IMG/VR virus record: IMGVR_UViG_3300020380_000001
Location: 62,001-126,000 of that record
Length of the DNA: 64,000 bases
Direction: 5' to 3' (one strand)
Below the pieces are notes generated by a model, which was not told the origin of the DNA, searched no databases, and saw only the letters and a list, made by a program, of their open reading frames with translations. Below, piece by piece: positions 47,048 through 56,407 of this stretch. Numbering within the stretch: position 1 is the first letter of the stretch; each line of letters begins with the position of its first letter. Both the position numbers and the translations under genes were made by a program.

Positions 47048-47453
47048 TATAAAAACGATTCAGGACATAGCACAGCTAAGCGTACATGACTATTATATCG
47101 TTGTGGAGCGCGAACCGACACCGACTATTCACGTTATTGCCCTGCCGGATGATATAAAGGGCGGCCAGTATTGGCAGTTACGTTCGTTGCAATCATCGCA
47201 TAAACGCGCACTAACACATTGGTCCAACCGATATTACAACGCTAGGGATTTTGGCAGTGTTCACTTGCGCTTTTCAAACTCGTGTGAGTTTATGAACATC
47301 CAATATGCCGTTGAACATGACCATAAAATGTATTCTTTGCATAAAATAGTTGTACATGAGTCAGTTTGGCAGTATTATAAGAATATAGGGTTTGACTACA
47401 AAAACAAAGCAGTTAAGCACTTGGAAGAAGTTTTTATAATTTTTGACAAATAA
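47040..47453 (+). CDS. hypothetical protein
   Basis: ORF track frame; GTG 47040 with GAGGAG RBS. Confidence 0.6.
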   Translation: MTDIKTIQDIAQLSVHDYYIVVEREPTPTIHVIALPDDIKGGQYWQLRSLQSSHKRALTHWSNRYYNARDFGSVHLRFSNSCEFMNIQYAVEHDHKMYSLHKIVVHESVWQYYKNIGFDYKNKAVKHLEEVFIIFDK

Positions 47454-47463
47454 GGTAAGTAAT

Positions 47464-47919
47464 ATGAAAAAATTTGTTGTTGATAACATGAAAATTGCAC
47501 GCGCAATGCACTTTATTAAAACTGTTAAACAAGCTTATGCCGACAACGGCGTAACTGACCAAAACGCAGTACTTGAAGTTTACGGTCGTGCTGTGCATAT
47601 GGTGTTCAGTGATGTAGCGGTTGACGTTTTTGAAGCATTGATGGTTGATCCAGCTACGCATAATGATCCGAATAATTTGAACGCTGAGTCAAACGCACTT
47701 GCTCAGTTTTATCACCAACTAGGCGCTCACGCTCCGTTTTGTGTGTTCTTTGAACCGTTTGAAAGCTTTGTAACAGAGCGTTGCGGTATGAACGCTGCGA
47801 CGTTTATTGACACAGTTCGTATTGACTTAACTGAAGCGAAGCTTGACCCTGTAAGCTTAGAGGCACAAGCTGCTGAAGAAGCAGAAACTGACGAGGCTGA
47901 AACTAGTGTAGTCCACTAG
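47464..47919 (+). CDS. hypothetical protein
   Basis: ORF track frame; AAGGT RBS before ATG 47464. Confidence 0.7.
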   Translation: MKKFVVDNMKIARAMHFIKTVKQAYADNGVTDQNAVLEVYGRAVHMVFSDVAVDVFEALMVDPATHNDPNNLNAESNALAQFYHQLGAHAPFCVFFEPFESFVTERCGMNAATFIDTVRIDLTEAKLDPVSLEAQAAEEAETDEAETSVVH

Positions 47920-47972
47920 TTTTAAAGCTAGTCAAAAAGGTAGTGAGATTGAAAAATTTCCTACCTTTTTTC

Positions 47973-48000
47973 TTGACCTGAATTTAAACTTATGTATAAT
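47973..48000 (+). promoter_or_regulatory. sigma70-type promoter TTGACC-16-TATAAT
   Basis: Intergenic, near consensus. Confidence 0.6.
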
Positions 48001-48034
48001 TAATGAGTAACGTTTAACGACATAGGCAATTATC

Positions 48035-48151
48035 ATGACAGCGAAACAACGAAAAATAGCGGCAGATATATACGTACCCGCGGTCGTTACCAGCCTGATT
48101 TTGGTAGTAGTGACGTCCGTGTTGTTGAACATTGGTTTTATACTTTTCTAG
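48035..48151 (+). CDS. 38-aa single-TM peptide (MTAKQRKIAADIYVPAVVTSLILVVVTSVLLNIGFILF), absent from the track
   Basis: Translated by hand; first ORF after the sigma70 promoter at 47973; basic N-terminus plus hydrophobic helix. Confidence 0.5.
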   Translation: MTAKQRKIAADIYVPAVVTSLILVVVTSVLLNIGFILF

Positions 48152-48166
48152 AAAAGGTGACCGACT

Positions 48167-48499
48167 ATGCGAAAACTATTAGCCGCTGCCTGTATATTTG
48201 CAGCAACCGCACAAGCCGAGGTTATAGAAGTGCCTGCCGACTTTAAGGACGGTACGCCTATCACTACTCATACGTTCATGCAGCGCGACCCGGCAATCAT
48301 AGATAAGTTCCTCCGAGTCCACGGTTACCTATGTGTCTATGAATTCGACGGTGGCGTGCCTATGTGTTTCGGTAAGCAAGCACTCGAACTCAAAGACGGC
48401 AAATACCAGTTCAAAGACGATGCGCCAGTTTTCAATTTTCCGGAAACTAAAATGACGCCCGGACTGAAAGCAATGTACACAAGTAAAGTGTGGTCGTAA
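48167..48499 (+). CDS. exported protein with a Sec signal peptide
   Basis: MRKLLAAACIFAATAQA-EV (AxA cleavage site). Confidence 0.65.
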   Translation: MRKLLAAACIFAATAQAEVIEVPADFKDGTPITTHTFMQRDPAIIDKFLRVHGYLCVYEFDGGVPMCFGKQALELKDGKYQFKDDAPVFNFPETKMTPGLKAMYTSKVWS

Positions 48500-48566
48500 G
48501 TTTTAAAAGTTGTAATTTTGTGTGATCTGTGTATACTAATCTTTAATAAACCAGCACGAGATAATT

Positions 48567-49166
48567 ATGAGTGTCAAACCACAAAACTGTGCCGCCTATT
48601 TCGAAATAGGCCGTTCGTATAAAATGGACGGTATGAATTACGTTTGGATGCGTAACCTCATGTTTCGCTGTACCGGACATACCGAAACTGGTTCTGCGCT
48701 GCTCAGTGTGCTATACGTTAATCCAGAAAATCATTCCGACGGATCTGCTCTTATTACTATCTTGATTCAGACAGAAAACCAAATGAAAATGTTTTCAAGA
48801 GTGACGCATAGTGAGTATGAGTATAAAACGGTCTATGGCATGAACCTTACTGAGCTCCACTCCAATTTACGAAGCCTGCTGGGCTATCCTGTCACTGAGG
48901 TTCTTGAAGTCATGCCTAAGTCAGCACCGCTTGCTAATTTAAAAACAGGCAGCATGTTATCGGCAGTATACAGGCATCGTCCCGTCATTATAACATTTGA
49001 TGTTTCTAAACATGGTCACATAACGCCATATTACAAGGTTAAAGGCTCACTATTCCGACGCAAAATATTCGGTAACATTGCGCCTATACCAAAGGTACCG
49101 CCTTCCACCATGGGCGAAGTTATGTTTTATATCAACAATACTTTCTCAAAAGTAGTAATAGCATAA
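48567..49166 (+). CDS. hypothetical protein
   Basis: ORF track; promoter upstream. Confidence 0.65.
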   Translation: MSVKPQNCAAYFEIGRSYKMDGMNYVWMRNLMFRCTGHTETGSALLSVLYVNPENHSDGSALITILIQTENQMKMFSRVTHSEYEYKTVYGMNLTELHSNLRSLLGYPVTEVLEVMPKSAPLANLKTGSMLSAVYRHRPVIITFDVSKHGHITPYYKVKGSLFRRKIFGNIAPIPKVPPSTMGEVMFYINNTFSKVVIA

Positions 49167-49174
49167 GGACACAT

Positions 49175-49657
49175 ATGGAATTTTATTGCAATACCCCCAC
49201 ATGTAACGCCGGACTTCTTAGTTCAGACCCAATGCAAGCGCTACTTGGCAACATAGTATGCCATGAATGCGGCAACCCAGCCGAAATAAGTGAGCACGAA
49301 AAAGAAACTGCTGCCCTTGCGTTAATTAACATGGGCACCGGTTCGTATAAGCTTGGGCTAGGATCACCGGTAGTATACGTTGTGGACGACGAGTTCGGTA
49401 ACCCTGCTATGTCGGAAGGCACTTTTATTTGTACCCACGACAACACGTTTGTATTCGCTACGGCGTATGGCGAAATGGATAAGGTTGACTCATCCCGCTT
49501 AGTGTCTATTACGTTAACTGAAGAAGATTACAACAAGTGCCTAAACGAAATCACTACTGTGTTGTCTAGTTATTTGACAGGAACTCCCATTGATTCAATT
49601 ACAGAACTAGCACGCGGGATGATACAGGATAAGATTGAGTTCAGGAGAACGATGTGA
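49175..49657 (+). CDS. hypothetical protein with an N-terminal zinc ribbon
   Basis: CNTPTC...CHEC. Confidence 0.65.
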   Translation: MEFYCNTPTCNAGLLSSDPMQALLGNIVCHECGNPAEISEHEKETAALALINMGTGSYKLGLGSPVVYVVDDEFGNPAMSEGTFICTHDNTFVFATAYGEMDKVDSSRLVSITLTEEDYNKCLNEITTVLSSYLTGTPIDSITELARGMIQDKIEFRRTM

Positions 49658-49989
49658 TAGAGTACGTCGGGTACTTGTTTTTGTATTTTGCAGGCGTTTT
49701 CGCTGCTGCTGGCGTCGCATCTCATCACTTGTACTACAACGTTATGACATTTGAAGAATGCGTCAACATCAGCCCCTGGCGCTATCCGATTGGATTACAG
49801 CCTCTCATTATTCCTTGCGTTGTAGTATGGCCTGTCGGGATGCTAGTGTATCTGGCGCTTAAAGTTGAAAACAGGTCAATGGCGACTATATTTGATACTG
49901 GTGATTCTCATCCTTATGCCGTATTGGGTGTTATGACTATCATGGTATTAGGGATCATGGCCTCTATAATAGTTGCCTTCTTCGAGTAA
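49654..49989 (+). CDS. 3-TM membrane protein
   Basis: Hydrophobic helices. Confidence 0.65.
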   Translation: MIEYVGYLFLYFAGVFAAAGVASHHLYYNVMTFEECVNISPWRYPIGLQPLIIPCVVVWPVGMLVYLALKVENRSMATIFDTGDSHPYAVLGVMTIMVLGIMASIIVAFFE

Positions 49990-49992
49990 AGA

Positions 49993-50271
49993 ATGATGGA
50001 ACCAATAAAACTCACAAAAGAGATTACAGTCGACGCGTTCGAATTGCTAGACAAATTGGATGCCATATGTAACACTACTAATAACGACGAACTGGTTTCC
50101 GAATTGAGACAATTCGCAGCAACCCTTGCAGTCGACGTATCGCGCAAATGTGACGACGTGGTACGGCTATCAGGTAGATCAACTACTTTTTATGACAAAA
50201 AGGCTAGTGAGATGAAATCGCTATCCGAGAAATTATTATTGGGGCCAAACAATGTTTTTCCGAAATTATAG
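49993..50271 (+). CDS. hypothetical protein
   Basis: ORF track. Confidence 0.6.
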   Translation: MMEPIKLTKEITVDAFELLDKLDAICNTTNNDELVSELRQFAATLAVDVSRKCDDVVRLSGRSTTFYDKKASEMKSLSEKLLLGPNNVFPKL

Positions 50272-50872
50272 AAAGGCGCAACTTGAATTTGCTAGAAGTA
50301 TTTCGCCGGATACACCGCATGTGCCTTGGCACTTAACCTCACGGACAAGATGGCTGAAGTCCAAGCTCAACTGCACAGTGTATTTTGAGACTCGGACGTT
50401 CTACTTAAAAGACATCAAGCGCCGGCATTTTTGGCTTTCGTATATGATGGACTATATTACATTTGTCCTTGCTTGGGGCGACGAGGACGAAATTGGATTC
50501 GCCGCTCACTTTAAAATGCTGTTGGTGATAATGGGTGGCATAGTAGTCCCGTTTACTGGCATTATGTACGCTCGTGAGATGAAACGCGAACTTGCTAAAT
50601 GGAAAGTAAAGGATGGCGAAGACACTTTCTTCGCAACGCGTTCGCTTGAGCTATACTGGTTCCCATCAAACTCACTTGATATTCCGCCTACCTACGAGTT
50701 TAATGTTAAAGAGAAGTATAAGATGGGCACTGTGGGCTGCCAGCACTGCTCTGGTTTGTGTAACAGGGATTTATCCGGTACAACAAAGATGATGTGCCGA
50801 AACGATAACTGTCATTACGACGAGCTATCTCCTAAGAACTATTATAGCACATATAAAGGGGTAAACACATGA
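50252..50872 (+). CDS. hypothetical protein with a TM segment and C-terminal Cys cluster
   Basis: LLVIMGGIVVPFTGIM; CQHCSGLC...CRNDNC. Confidence 0.6.
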   Translation: MFFRNYRKAQLEFARSISPDTPHVPWHLTSRTRWLKSKLNCTVYFETRTFYLKDIKRRHFWLSYMMDYITFVLAWGDEDEIGFAAHFKMLLVIMGGIVVPFTGIMYAREMKRELAKWKVKDGEDTFFATRSLELYWFPSNSLDIPPTYEFNVKEKYKMGTVGCQHCSGLCNRDLSGTTKMMCRNDNCHYDELSPKNYYSTYKGVNT

Positions 50873-51750
50873 TCGCAGCGTATCGGTATTTTAATACTGA
50901 GTTAGGCATGTGGCAGTATGTCGACTGTCGCCAAGCAAGTTCAGTAAAGGACTACGAAGTCAAAGCCGTATTCGGTAATGTTGACGCTTATGGTCTGCCG
51001 ATTATCGAAGGTAATCGCTATGCGTTAATGATCCCTGAAATAGGCACGAATGCAGCATACGGTGATGTATATGAATGTATTGTGCATGATGAGCACGTGG
51101 ATGACATACCGGCACTAGTACCAGTCGATGGCGACTTTTCCGATACGATTGTCGTGCACGTAGACGAACTAACGAAAAACTTTGCGTTAGTGCTTGAAAG
51201 TGACACTAAAACCGTGCCTCTGCGGGTAGTATCAGACATGGCGTCTGCATTAATAACCGCTTGCGTTGACTTAATTAAAGACGACCACTATGACGCTGCT
51301 GAATACATGATGAGTGAGTTTCTTGCAGCCGAACCCCAGCGCCGCAAGTATATAGAAGCACAGTTATCAGACGGTTCTGCAAGTGCGCGTTCTTTTATTG
51401 ACGAGATCAGCTCACTACGTTACGCACTACACCAAGCAAAGCTTGCTATCAAAAACAGCAAGTGTCGTGAAGAGTATCTCAAAGATGAACTTATGCGTGC
51501 GTCACGTACTATTATAGAGTTAGAACACACACGCATGCGAATGTTCAACGACGAAGAAGTATGGATATATGATCCTAAAGGTGAAAACATAATTAGTTCG
51601 TTAGTGTGTCCGCTAACTATGCATACGTCAACGTTACAGGACATTACTAACGTGGCAGTTGACCGTGCATTAGCGGCAAAAACGCCCGAAGAAATAGAGA
51701 AGTTACGCAACGAAATTGAAACAGGAGCGTTTTATGACAACCATTCTTGA
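50869..51750 (+). CDS. hypothetical protein, YopX-like N-terminus plus coiled coil
   Basis: N-terminal YRYFNTELGMW...VDAYGLPIIEGN resembles the YopX D.NG..I.EGD motif. Confidence 0.5.
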   Translation: MIAAYRYFNTELGMWQYVDCRQASSVKDYEVKAVFGNVDAYGLPIIEGNRYALMIPEIGTNAAYGDVYECIVHDEHVDDIPALVPVDGDFSDTIVVHVDELTKNFALVLESDTKTVPLRVVSDMASALITACVDLIKDDHYDAAEYMMSEFLAAEPQRRKYIEAQLSDGSASARSFIDEISSLRYALHQAKLAIKNSKCREEYLKDELMRASRTIIELEHTRMRMFNDEEVWIYDPKGENIISSLVCPLTMHTSTLQDITNVAVDRALAAKTPEEIEKLRNEIETGAFYDNHS

Positions 51751-52027
51751 TATGGGAAAGTTAACAAATAGTGTTGAGGTGGCTAATGATGATCACGGCC
51801 CACACAAACATTTAAAAGTGATGATTGGCCTGAATCCGTTAGATTATTCTACCACATCGTTTACTAAGGTGCGCAGAATTAAAGTGCCTGAAGAAAACAT
51901 ACATCAAGTCGCCGACGTACTAGAAGACCTTTTAAACTGTGCCATGAACACTGGCGCAAATGCTGTTCAAGAACAGGTAAGACTTGCAGAGCTCGAACGT
52001 AAGAACGCGCTGGAACGGGGTTGGTAA
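51734..52027 (+). CDS. hypothetical protein
   Basis: ORF track frame; AGGAG RBS before ATG 51734. Confidence 0.65.
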   Translation: MTTILDMGKLTNSVEVANDDHGPHKHLKVMIGLNPLDYSTTSFTKVRRIKVPEENIHQVADVLEDLLNCAMNTGANAVQEQVRLAELERKNALERGW

Positions 52028-52028
52028 T

Positions 52029-52346
52029 ATGTTTCACCGCTATGAGTACGAATACGTACTTGATTTCTTAGCGACACTGAAGCTTGAAGGCCATGATGTA
52101 GAAGTACTGAGTTCAGCGTACCTTACCAATATGATATGGATAAGTTTTTCACTACAGTACTCTGATTCAGGCACACTTATCTTTAGTCTTAAAAAGAACA
52201 GATTCGGTTTCGGGTTGTCTGTATCTGACTTTGACAAATCGTCGCTAGTGGCAGTCTCGTCCCCACCACCAGCTATTACTGATGATATTTCAGGTGTTAA
52301 GGAATTGCTTGAGGAAGTAAGAAAACGGTTACCCGACCCGCGTTAG
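52029..52346 (+). CDS. hypothetical protein
   Basis: ORF track frame; ATG 52029. Confidence 0.6.
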   Translation: MFHRYEYEYVLDFLATLKLEGHDVEVLSSAYLTNMIWISFSLQYSDSGTLIFSLKKNRFGFGLSVSDFDKSSLVAVSSPPPAITDDISGVKELLEEVRKRLPDPR

Positions 52347-52561
52347 GCCGGAACCTCTGTTTTGAAAAGGTCGTCTTCACAGTAAGACGACTCTTTCGTC
52401 TTCGTGTTCAGATAAATGCGCCAAAGCCCGTTTAATACCATACCAGATATGACGTCACTATTAGGGTAGAGTTTGTCTACTTGTATTGTGTATGAATTGA
52501 ATTCAAGTATATATGGTAAACGACAGTGCGGTGTGCCCGCAAATAGGCAAAGTTGTTTCAT
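52343..52561 (-). CDS. hypothetical protein
   Basis: ORF track; AAGGA RBS on the minus strand; fills the gap. Confidence 0.55.
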   Translation of the reverse strand: MKQLCLFAGTPHCRLPYILEFNSYTIQVDKLYPNSDVISGMVLNGLWRIYLNTKTKESSYCEDDLFKTEVPA

Positions 52562-52679
52562 AGTTTGTCCTTTTTTATTTCTTTTAGTCTACTATTAGTG
52601 CAACCCTAAGTAAACCTTTTCTTGAAAGTGAAACTTTCTCAGACAGTAAATATGATAAAACAACATAACGGGGCAGAAT

Positions 52680-52997
52680 ATGATTCATAATGTTCGAGTG
52701 TATACCTCGCGCGAGCTGGCTGCTGAAGAAATAGACGAGTTGATAGACGCTGTGGATTACGTTGTAGACGTAGTGCCGCGTGAGTTCTACGACAGTGAAC
52801 ACAATATGCAAGTGAGCTACCTTAACGTATACGATCAAGAAGAAGGTGACTGGGTATATGAGATGTCAGTAGCGCGTATGCTACAAGACACAGACGCACA
52901 AGAAATCATCGAAATACTAAGTGAGTTCCTGGATGCAGACTTTGACTTAGACGCATCCTTTGAAGAAGATGAATGCGAGGCGTGCCGTGCCGATTAA
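52680..52997 (+). CDS. hypothetical acidic protein
   Basis: ORF track. Confidence 0.65.
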   Translation: MIHNVRVYTSRELAAEEIDELIDAVDYVVDVVPREFYDSEHNMQVSYLNVYDQEEGDWVYEMSVARMLQDTDAQEIIEILSEFLDADFDLDASFEEDECEACRAD

Positions 52998-54174
52998 ATT
53001 TAGTGGTCCTGTGAAACCGCGAAAACTAAAATCACCTGATCCGATTAATATGCCTGTAGTGCGTGACAACAAAGCGCAACGAGTACGAAGCGATGTTGTG
53101 TACTACAAAGCAAATGGTGAATTGCCGCGAGTTGAGCCAAACTGGACTGCTATGTCCGAATACTACCAGATTCCTGGCCACACAGCAAACGGCGGGGTAG
53201 ACTCAGTTGACGTAAACGGCGACATAATGGCTGTAATGTCTTCGGCAACTAACACAGTTTATATCTTTAAGAAAGACGTAAACGGCGACTACCAACAAAC
53301 TGATTCAACCTCGCAATCTGGCGGCGATTATTCAGACATTCACCTTATGCCTGTTGAAGGCAAGGTTGTATACTCTGCGCCTTTGTCAAATAGTAACGAG
53401 GGGCGATTAGTTGCTATGGACTTGGACTTTACAACAGGCATCCTGGACCAGGCATCTAGAACAGTTTATCCATTAAGTACCGGGAGAGACAACTCGTACG
53501 ACGGTCGTGGTATAATTAGTATCGGAAATACCTTATTCAGTGGCGCACCGGGGTATTACTTGAGCAGTGCCAGCGCACGTGGTGGCCTGTTATCGTTCCG
53601 TGACCCTGCGTCCGGCGCATTAAAGCCCCTTGACGTGTCTTACTTAGGCGGCTTAAATGAATCAAATAATCATGTTTTCGGTAACCGTATATATAACGAA
53701 GATGGTTTGTTCGCTAACACACTAGCAACTGATGGTAACCGCCTACTAGTACTTGCGCCTGGTGCTGCGTCACTCAACACAGCCGATAACGGTTATATAT
53801 CTGTATTCGACTATGACGACACGAATCAGTCACTAACAGAGATACAGAAGATAGATAACCCGGCGCTGCCGCAGTATGCAGGAACCCAAGCTTCAATAAG
53901 AGCCATAGCCGCACTGAATGGTAAAATGCTTGCGCTACTCAATGTGGGCGGTCCGGACAACGACTACGACCCCTTACGGACGTCTTTGGTTGAATATATA
54001 TGGGACGGTAGTGCGTATAATCAATCAGGATGGTCGGATGTAGTGTTATCCCCTGATTGGACGGCTAACAGTACAGACAGCGCAATAGCCCATATGACTA
54101 TGCTAAGTGATACTGAACTATTAATACCCGGTACTAATATCTCGGGTGGCAAAATTTATAAGGTAACAAGATAA
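52987..54174 (+). CDS. modular virion-surface protein 1: shared N-terminal module plus beta-propeller-like domain
   Basis: GTG start giving MPIKFSGPVKPRKLKSPDPINMP; FG-GAP-like blades (FSGAPGY, LLVLAPG). Confidence 0.65.
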   Translation: MPIKFSGPVKPRKLKSPDPINMPVVRDNKAQRVRSDVVYYKANGELPRVEPNWTAMSEYYQIPGHTANGGVDSVDVNGDIMAVMSSATNTVYIFKKDVNGDYQQTDSTSQSGGDYSDIHLMPVEGKVVYSAPLSNSNEGRLVAMDLDFTTGILDQASRTVYPLSTGRDNSYDGRGIISIGNTLFSGAPGYYLSSASARGGLLSFRDPASGALKPLDVSYLGGLNESNNHVFGNRIYNEDGLFANTLATDGNRLLVLAPGAASLNTADNGYISVFDYDDTNQSLTEIQKIDNPALPQYAGTQASIRAIAALNGKMLALLNVGGPDNDYDPLRTSLVEYIWDGSAYNQSGWSDVVLSPDWTANSTDSAIAHMTMLSDTELLIPGTNISGGKIYKVTR

Positions 54175-54985
54175 TGCCAATTAAATTTACCGGCCCCGTA
54201 AAGCCGAAAAAACTAAAATCACCCGATCCGATTAATATGCCTATAGTAAGGAATGACAAAGTGCCAAAGATTAAATCTGAAGTATTGTACTATAAAGACA
54301 ACGGTGAGATGCCACCAACCGGCGAACGCGTTCCTGAAAGTAGACTATCACGTATTGACTGGAAAGTAGCTGGAGACAAACTCTCTGTGCTTGACTACCA
54401 AACAGGTATTGAGTACTTGCGATTAAGTGAATCAGTCGGTCGATCAATTGATAATGTCAGTGCTAACTTTGGTCCTGGTGGCGACTTCGAAGGCTGGCGC
54501 CTAGCTACTGAAGCAGAGATCAATTCTTTTATGGATTACGTAGTTGCATCAGGCGGTTCAGGTCCTGGTTTTACCACTGACGGACAGAGCGCAAACGTTA
54601 GCACATCTCTACAAGAGTGGCAGGACTTTGTTCGTATAATGGGCTACACCTACACAGTATCAGACAGACTGCACTCGTTTGCTATATTCTACGACGGATC
54701 CGAAATACTTAACTCGGGTGTGTTAGGATACCTAAGCGGCGATGCGCGTTTTAGACGTAGTCACAACGATGGCGGCATTGACAATAATACTTCAAGTTCA
54801 TTGGTATCTGCAGGTGTGTGGATAGTAAATGACGGCGGCGTTAGTATTGAGTCCATTGAATATCCTGAACTCAATAAAAACAACCCTAACTCGCCGTATA
54901 ATCAAGGAGGCTAATTGTGCCAATTAAATTTACTGGTCCGGTAAAGCCAAAAAAACTAAAATCGCCTGATCCGATTAATATGCCT
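53038..54985 (+). repeat. three identical 18-nt copies of GATCCGATTAATATGCCT (53038, 54225, 54968) inside ~120-nt near-repeats at the gene starts
   Basis: Read directly from the sequence. Confidence 0.85.
54174..54914 (+). CDS. modular virion-surface protein 2: shared N-terminal module plus Lcl/DUF1566-like domain
   Basis: MPIKFTGPVKPKKLKSPDPINMP; DYQTGIEY...FEGWRLATEAE; C-terminal NNPNSPYN. Confidence 0.65.
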   Translation: MPIKFTGPVKPKKLKSPDPINMPIVRNDKVPKIKSEVLYYKDNGEMPPTGERVPESRLSRIDWKVAGDKLSVLDYQTGIEYLRLSESVGRSIDNVSANFGPGGDFEGWRLATEAEINSFMDYVVASGGSGPGFTTDGQSANVSTSLQEWQDFVRIMGYTYTVSDRLHSFAIFYDGSEILNSGVLGYLSGDARFRRSHNDGGIDNNTSSSLVSAGVWIVNDGGVSIESIEYPELNKNNPNSPYNQGG

Positions 54986-55636
54986 GTAGTGCGTGATAAT
55001 AAGGCGCCGCGTGTTAAGCAAGACGTCGAGTACTTCAAAGTACACGGCACGATGCCTACTGTGGCACCGCCATTAGGACCACCGGAAGGACAAACAATAG
55101 GTGCCGCTGATATAGCACAAGCAGGCGATAATAAAGCTTTTATTGATTTCCGTACTGGGCTGGAATGGGTTCGACTATCGAGAACAAATGCGTTTACTGA
55201 TGCGACTATCCAAGCTGAGCTACAGGCAGGCGGTCAATTCGAAGGGTTTCGTATTGCTAACGAGGCTGAAACGGATTCGTTACTTCGCACGATTACGCCT
55301 AATTATTTTAACCCCGTTCATGTCTATTCAGTAGATACGCACTACATTGTGCCGGAACAATGGAACAATTGGAATTCCATAATGGGCATAACAGGTAACA
55401 AATACGGAAGGAACTGGTCGTACGGTATATACGACACCGGATCTGGCTACAAGCACGGCGGAACTGACTATTTTGCTGAATCTAATAGGCTGCCTAATAG
55501 GCTGATGAAGTTCAATAAAGATGATGCCCTTGACTTTGATTTTATGGGCATATTCTTAGTGTCAGACGGAGGGAACACCTTGTTGAGTCAAGAGTTCCCT
55601 CATTACATGGCTAACAACCCTAACTCGCCGTATAAT
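54879..55636 (+). repeat. identical 24-nt direct repeat AACAACCCTAACTCGCCGTATAAT (54879-54902 and 55613-55636) at the 3' ends of two genes
   Basis: Read directly from the sequence. Confidence 0.85.
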
Positions 55637-55645
55637 GCGGGTTAA
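54917..55645 (+). CDS. modular virion-surface protein 3: shared N-terminal module plus Lcl/DUF1566-like domain
   Basis: MPIKFTGPVKPKKLKSPDPINMP; DFRTGLEW...FEGFRIANEAE; C-terminal NNPNSPYN. Confidence 0.65.
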   Translation: MPIKFTGPVKPKKLKSPDPINMPVVRDNKAPRVKQDVEYFKVHGTMPTVAPPLGPPEGQTIGAADIAQAGDNKAFIDFRTGLEWVRLSRTNAFTDATIQAELQAGGQFEGFRIANEAETDSLLRTITPNYFNPVHVYSVDTHYIVPEQWNNWNSIMGITGNKYGRNWSYGIYDTGSGYKHGGTDYFAESNRLPNRLMKFNKDDALDFDFMGIFLVSDGGNTLLSQEFPHYMANNPNSPYNAG

Positions 55646-55863
55646 ATAGACTTAACTAGGGCAGCAATACCACGCCATGATTTGTATTGCTGCTCTACTT
55701 CTAAAAGAGTATCAAACTCTTTGTAACCAGGCCTACCAAAGTTATATGCACGAGCCGCAGCATTGTCGGTAACCATAAGCCAACGATCACCTAACTTTTC
55801 AAGTGTCATTTTGTTACCGCGCGACTCTGTGTAAAATTTGTTTTTGCTAAGCATCTGAATCAT
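55642..55863 (-). CDS. early hypothetical protein
   Basis: ORF track; consensus sigma70 promoter upstream. Confidence 0.7.
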   Translation of the reverse strand: MIQMLSKNKFYTESRGNKMTLEKLGDRWLMVTDNAAARAYNFGRPGYKEFDTLLEVEQQYKSWRGIAALVKSI

Positions 55864-55894
55864 AACTATACCTTACTTGTTTAAGTTCAAATAG

Positions 55895-55923
55895 AGTATA
55901 GCAATGAAACAAATTATTGTCAA
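55895..55923 (-). promoter_or_regulatory. sigma70-type promoter TTGACA-17-(TGn)TATACT
   Basis: Near-perfect consensus upstream of 55642-55863(-). Confidence 0.7.
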
Positions 55924-56405
55924 TTAAAATGTGTGATTAATGACTCCATCACTTCTTTTGCTCTATCAAGTGCGCGTTCACGTGTCATTGAAGTTACCGT
56001 ATTGTCAAACTTCCTTAGCGGGTTGCTCGACTCTATGGATGTTTCGATTCGTTTTTCGATAACTTTTTCAACATTAGCCATCCCGCGACATATTGCCAAG
56101 TTAACCTCTGATTCAGCTTGTGAGCGAATGTTTTCCAATACACGATTTGACAGTGTGACTTTGGGATTAATTGAATACGTGTTTTCCACTTTGGCAATTT
56201 CTTCCTGGATCACTTCTTTCGCTTTTTCGTCGATAACAGCACGCAAGCCAGACAGCGCTTCGTTTACCGCTTCTTTCATTGCTTTGTCATATAAGCGCTT
56301 AGTCATTTCAGCGATAACTGCGTTCTGTAATTGTACGCGAACCTCTGAACCCTCAGGGAATAGTGACTCTACGGCGTTAGTATCAAGTTTAAGTTGAATG
56401 CTCAT
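55920..56405 (-). CDS. coiled-coil hypothetical protein
   Basis: ORF track frame; start at MSIQLK with AAGGA RBS. Confidence 0.65.
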   Translation of the reverse strand: MSIQLKLDTNAVESLFPEGSEVRVQLQNAVIAEMTKRLYDKAMKEAVNEALSGLRAVIDEKAKEVIQEEIAKVENTYSINPKVTLSNRVLENIRSQAESEVNLAICRGMANVEKVIEKRIETSIESSNPLRKFDNTVTSMTRERALDRAKEVMESLITHFN

Positions 56406-56407
56406 AA

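Noticed and set aside
52987-55645. Diversity-generating retroelement acting on the C-lectin-like genes
   Set aside because: No reverse transcriptase and no template/variable repeat pair differing only at adenines; the repeats seen are short and identical
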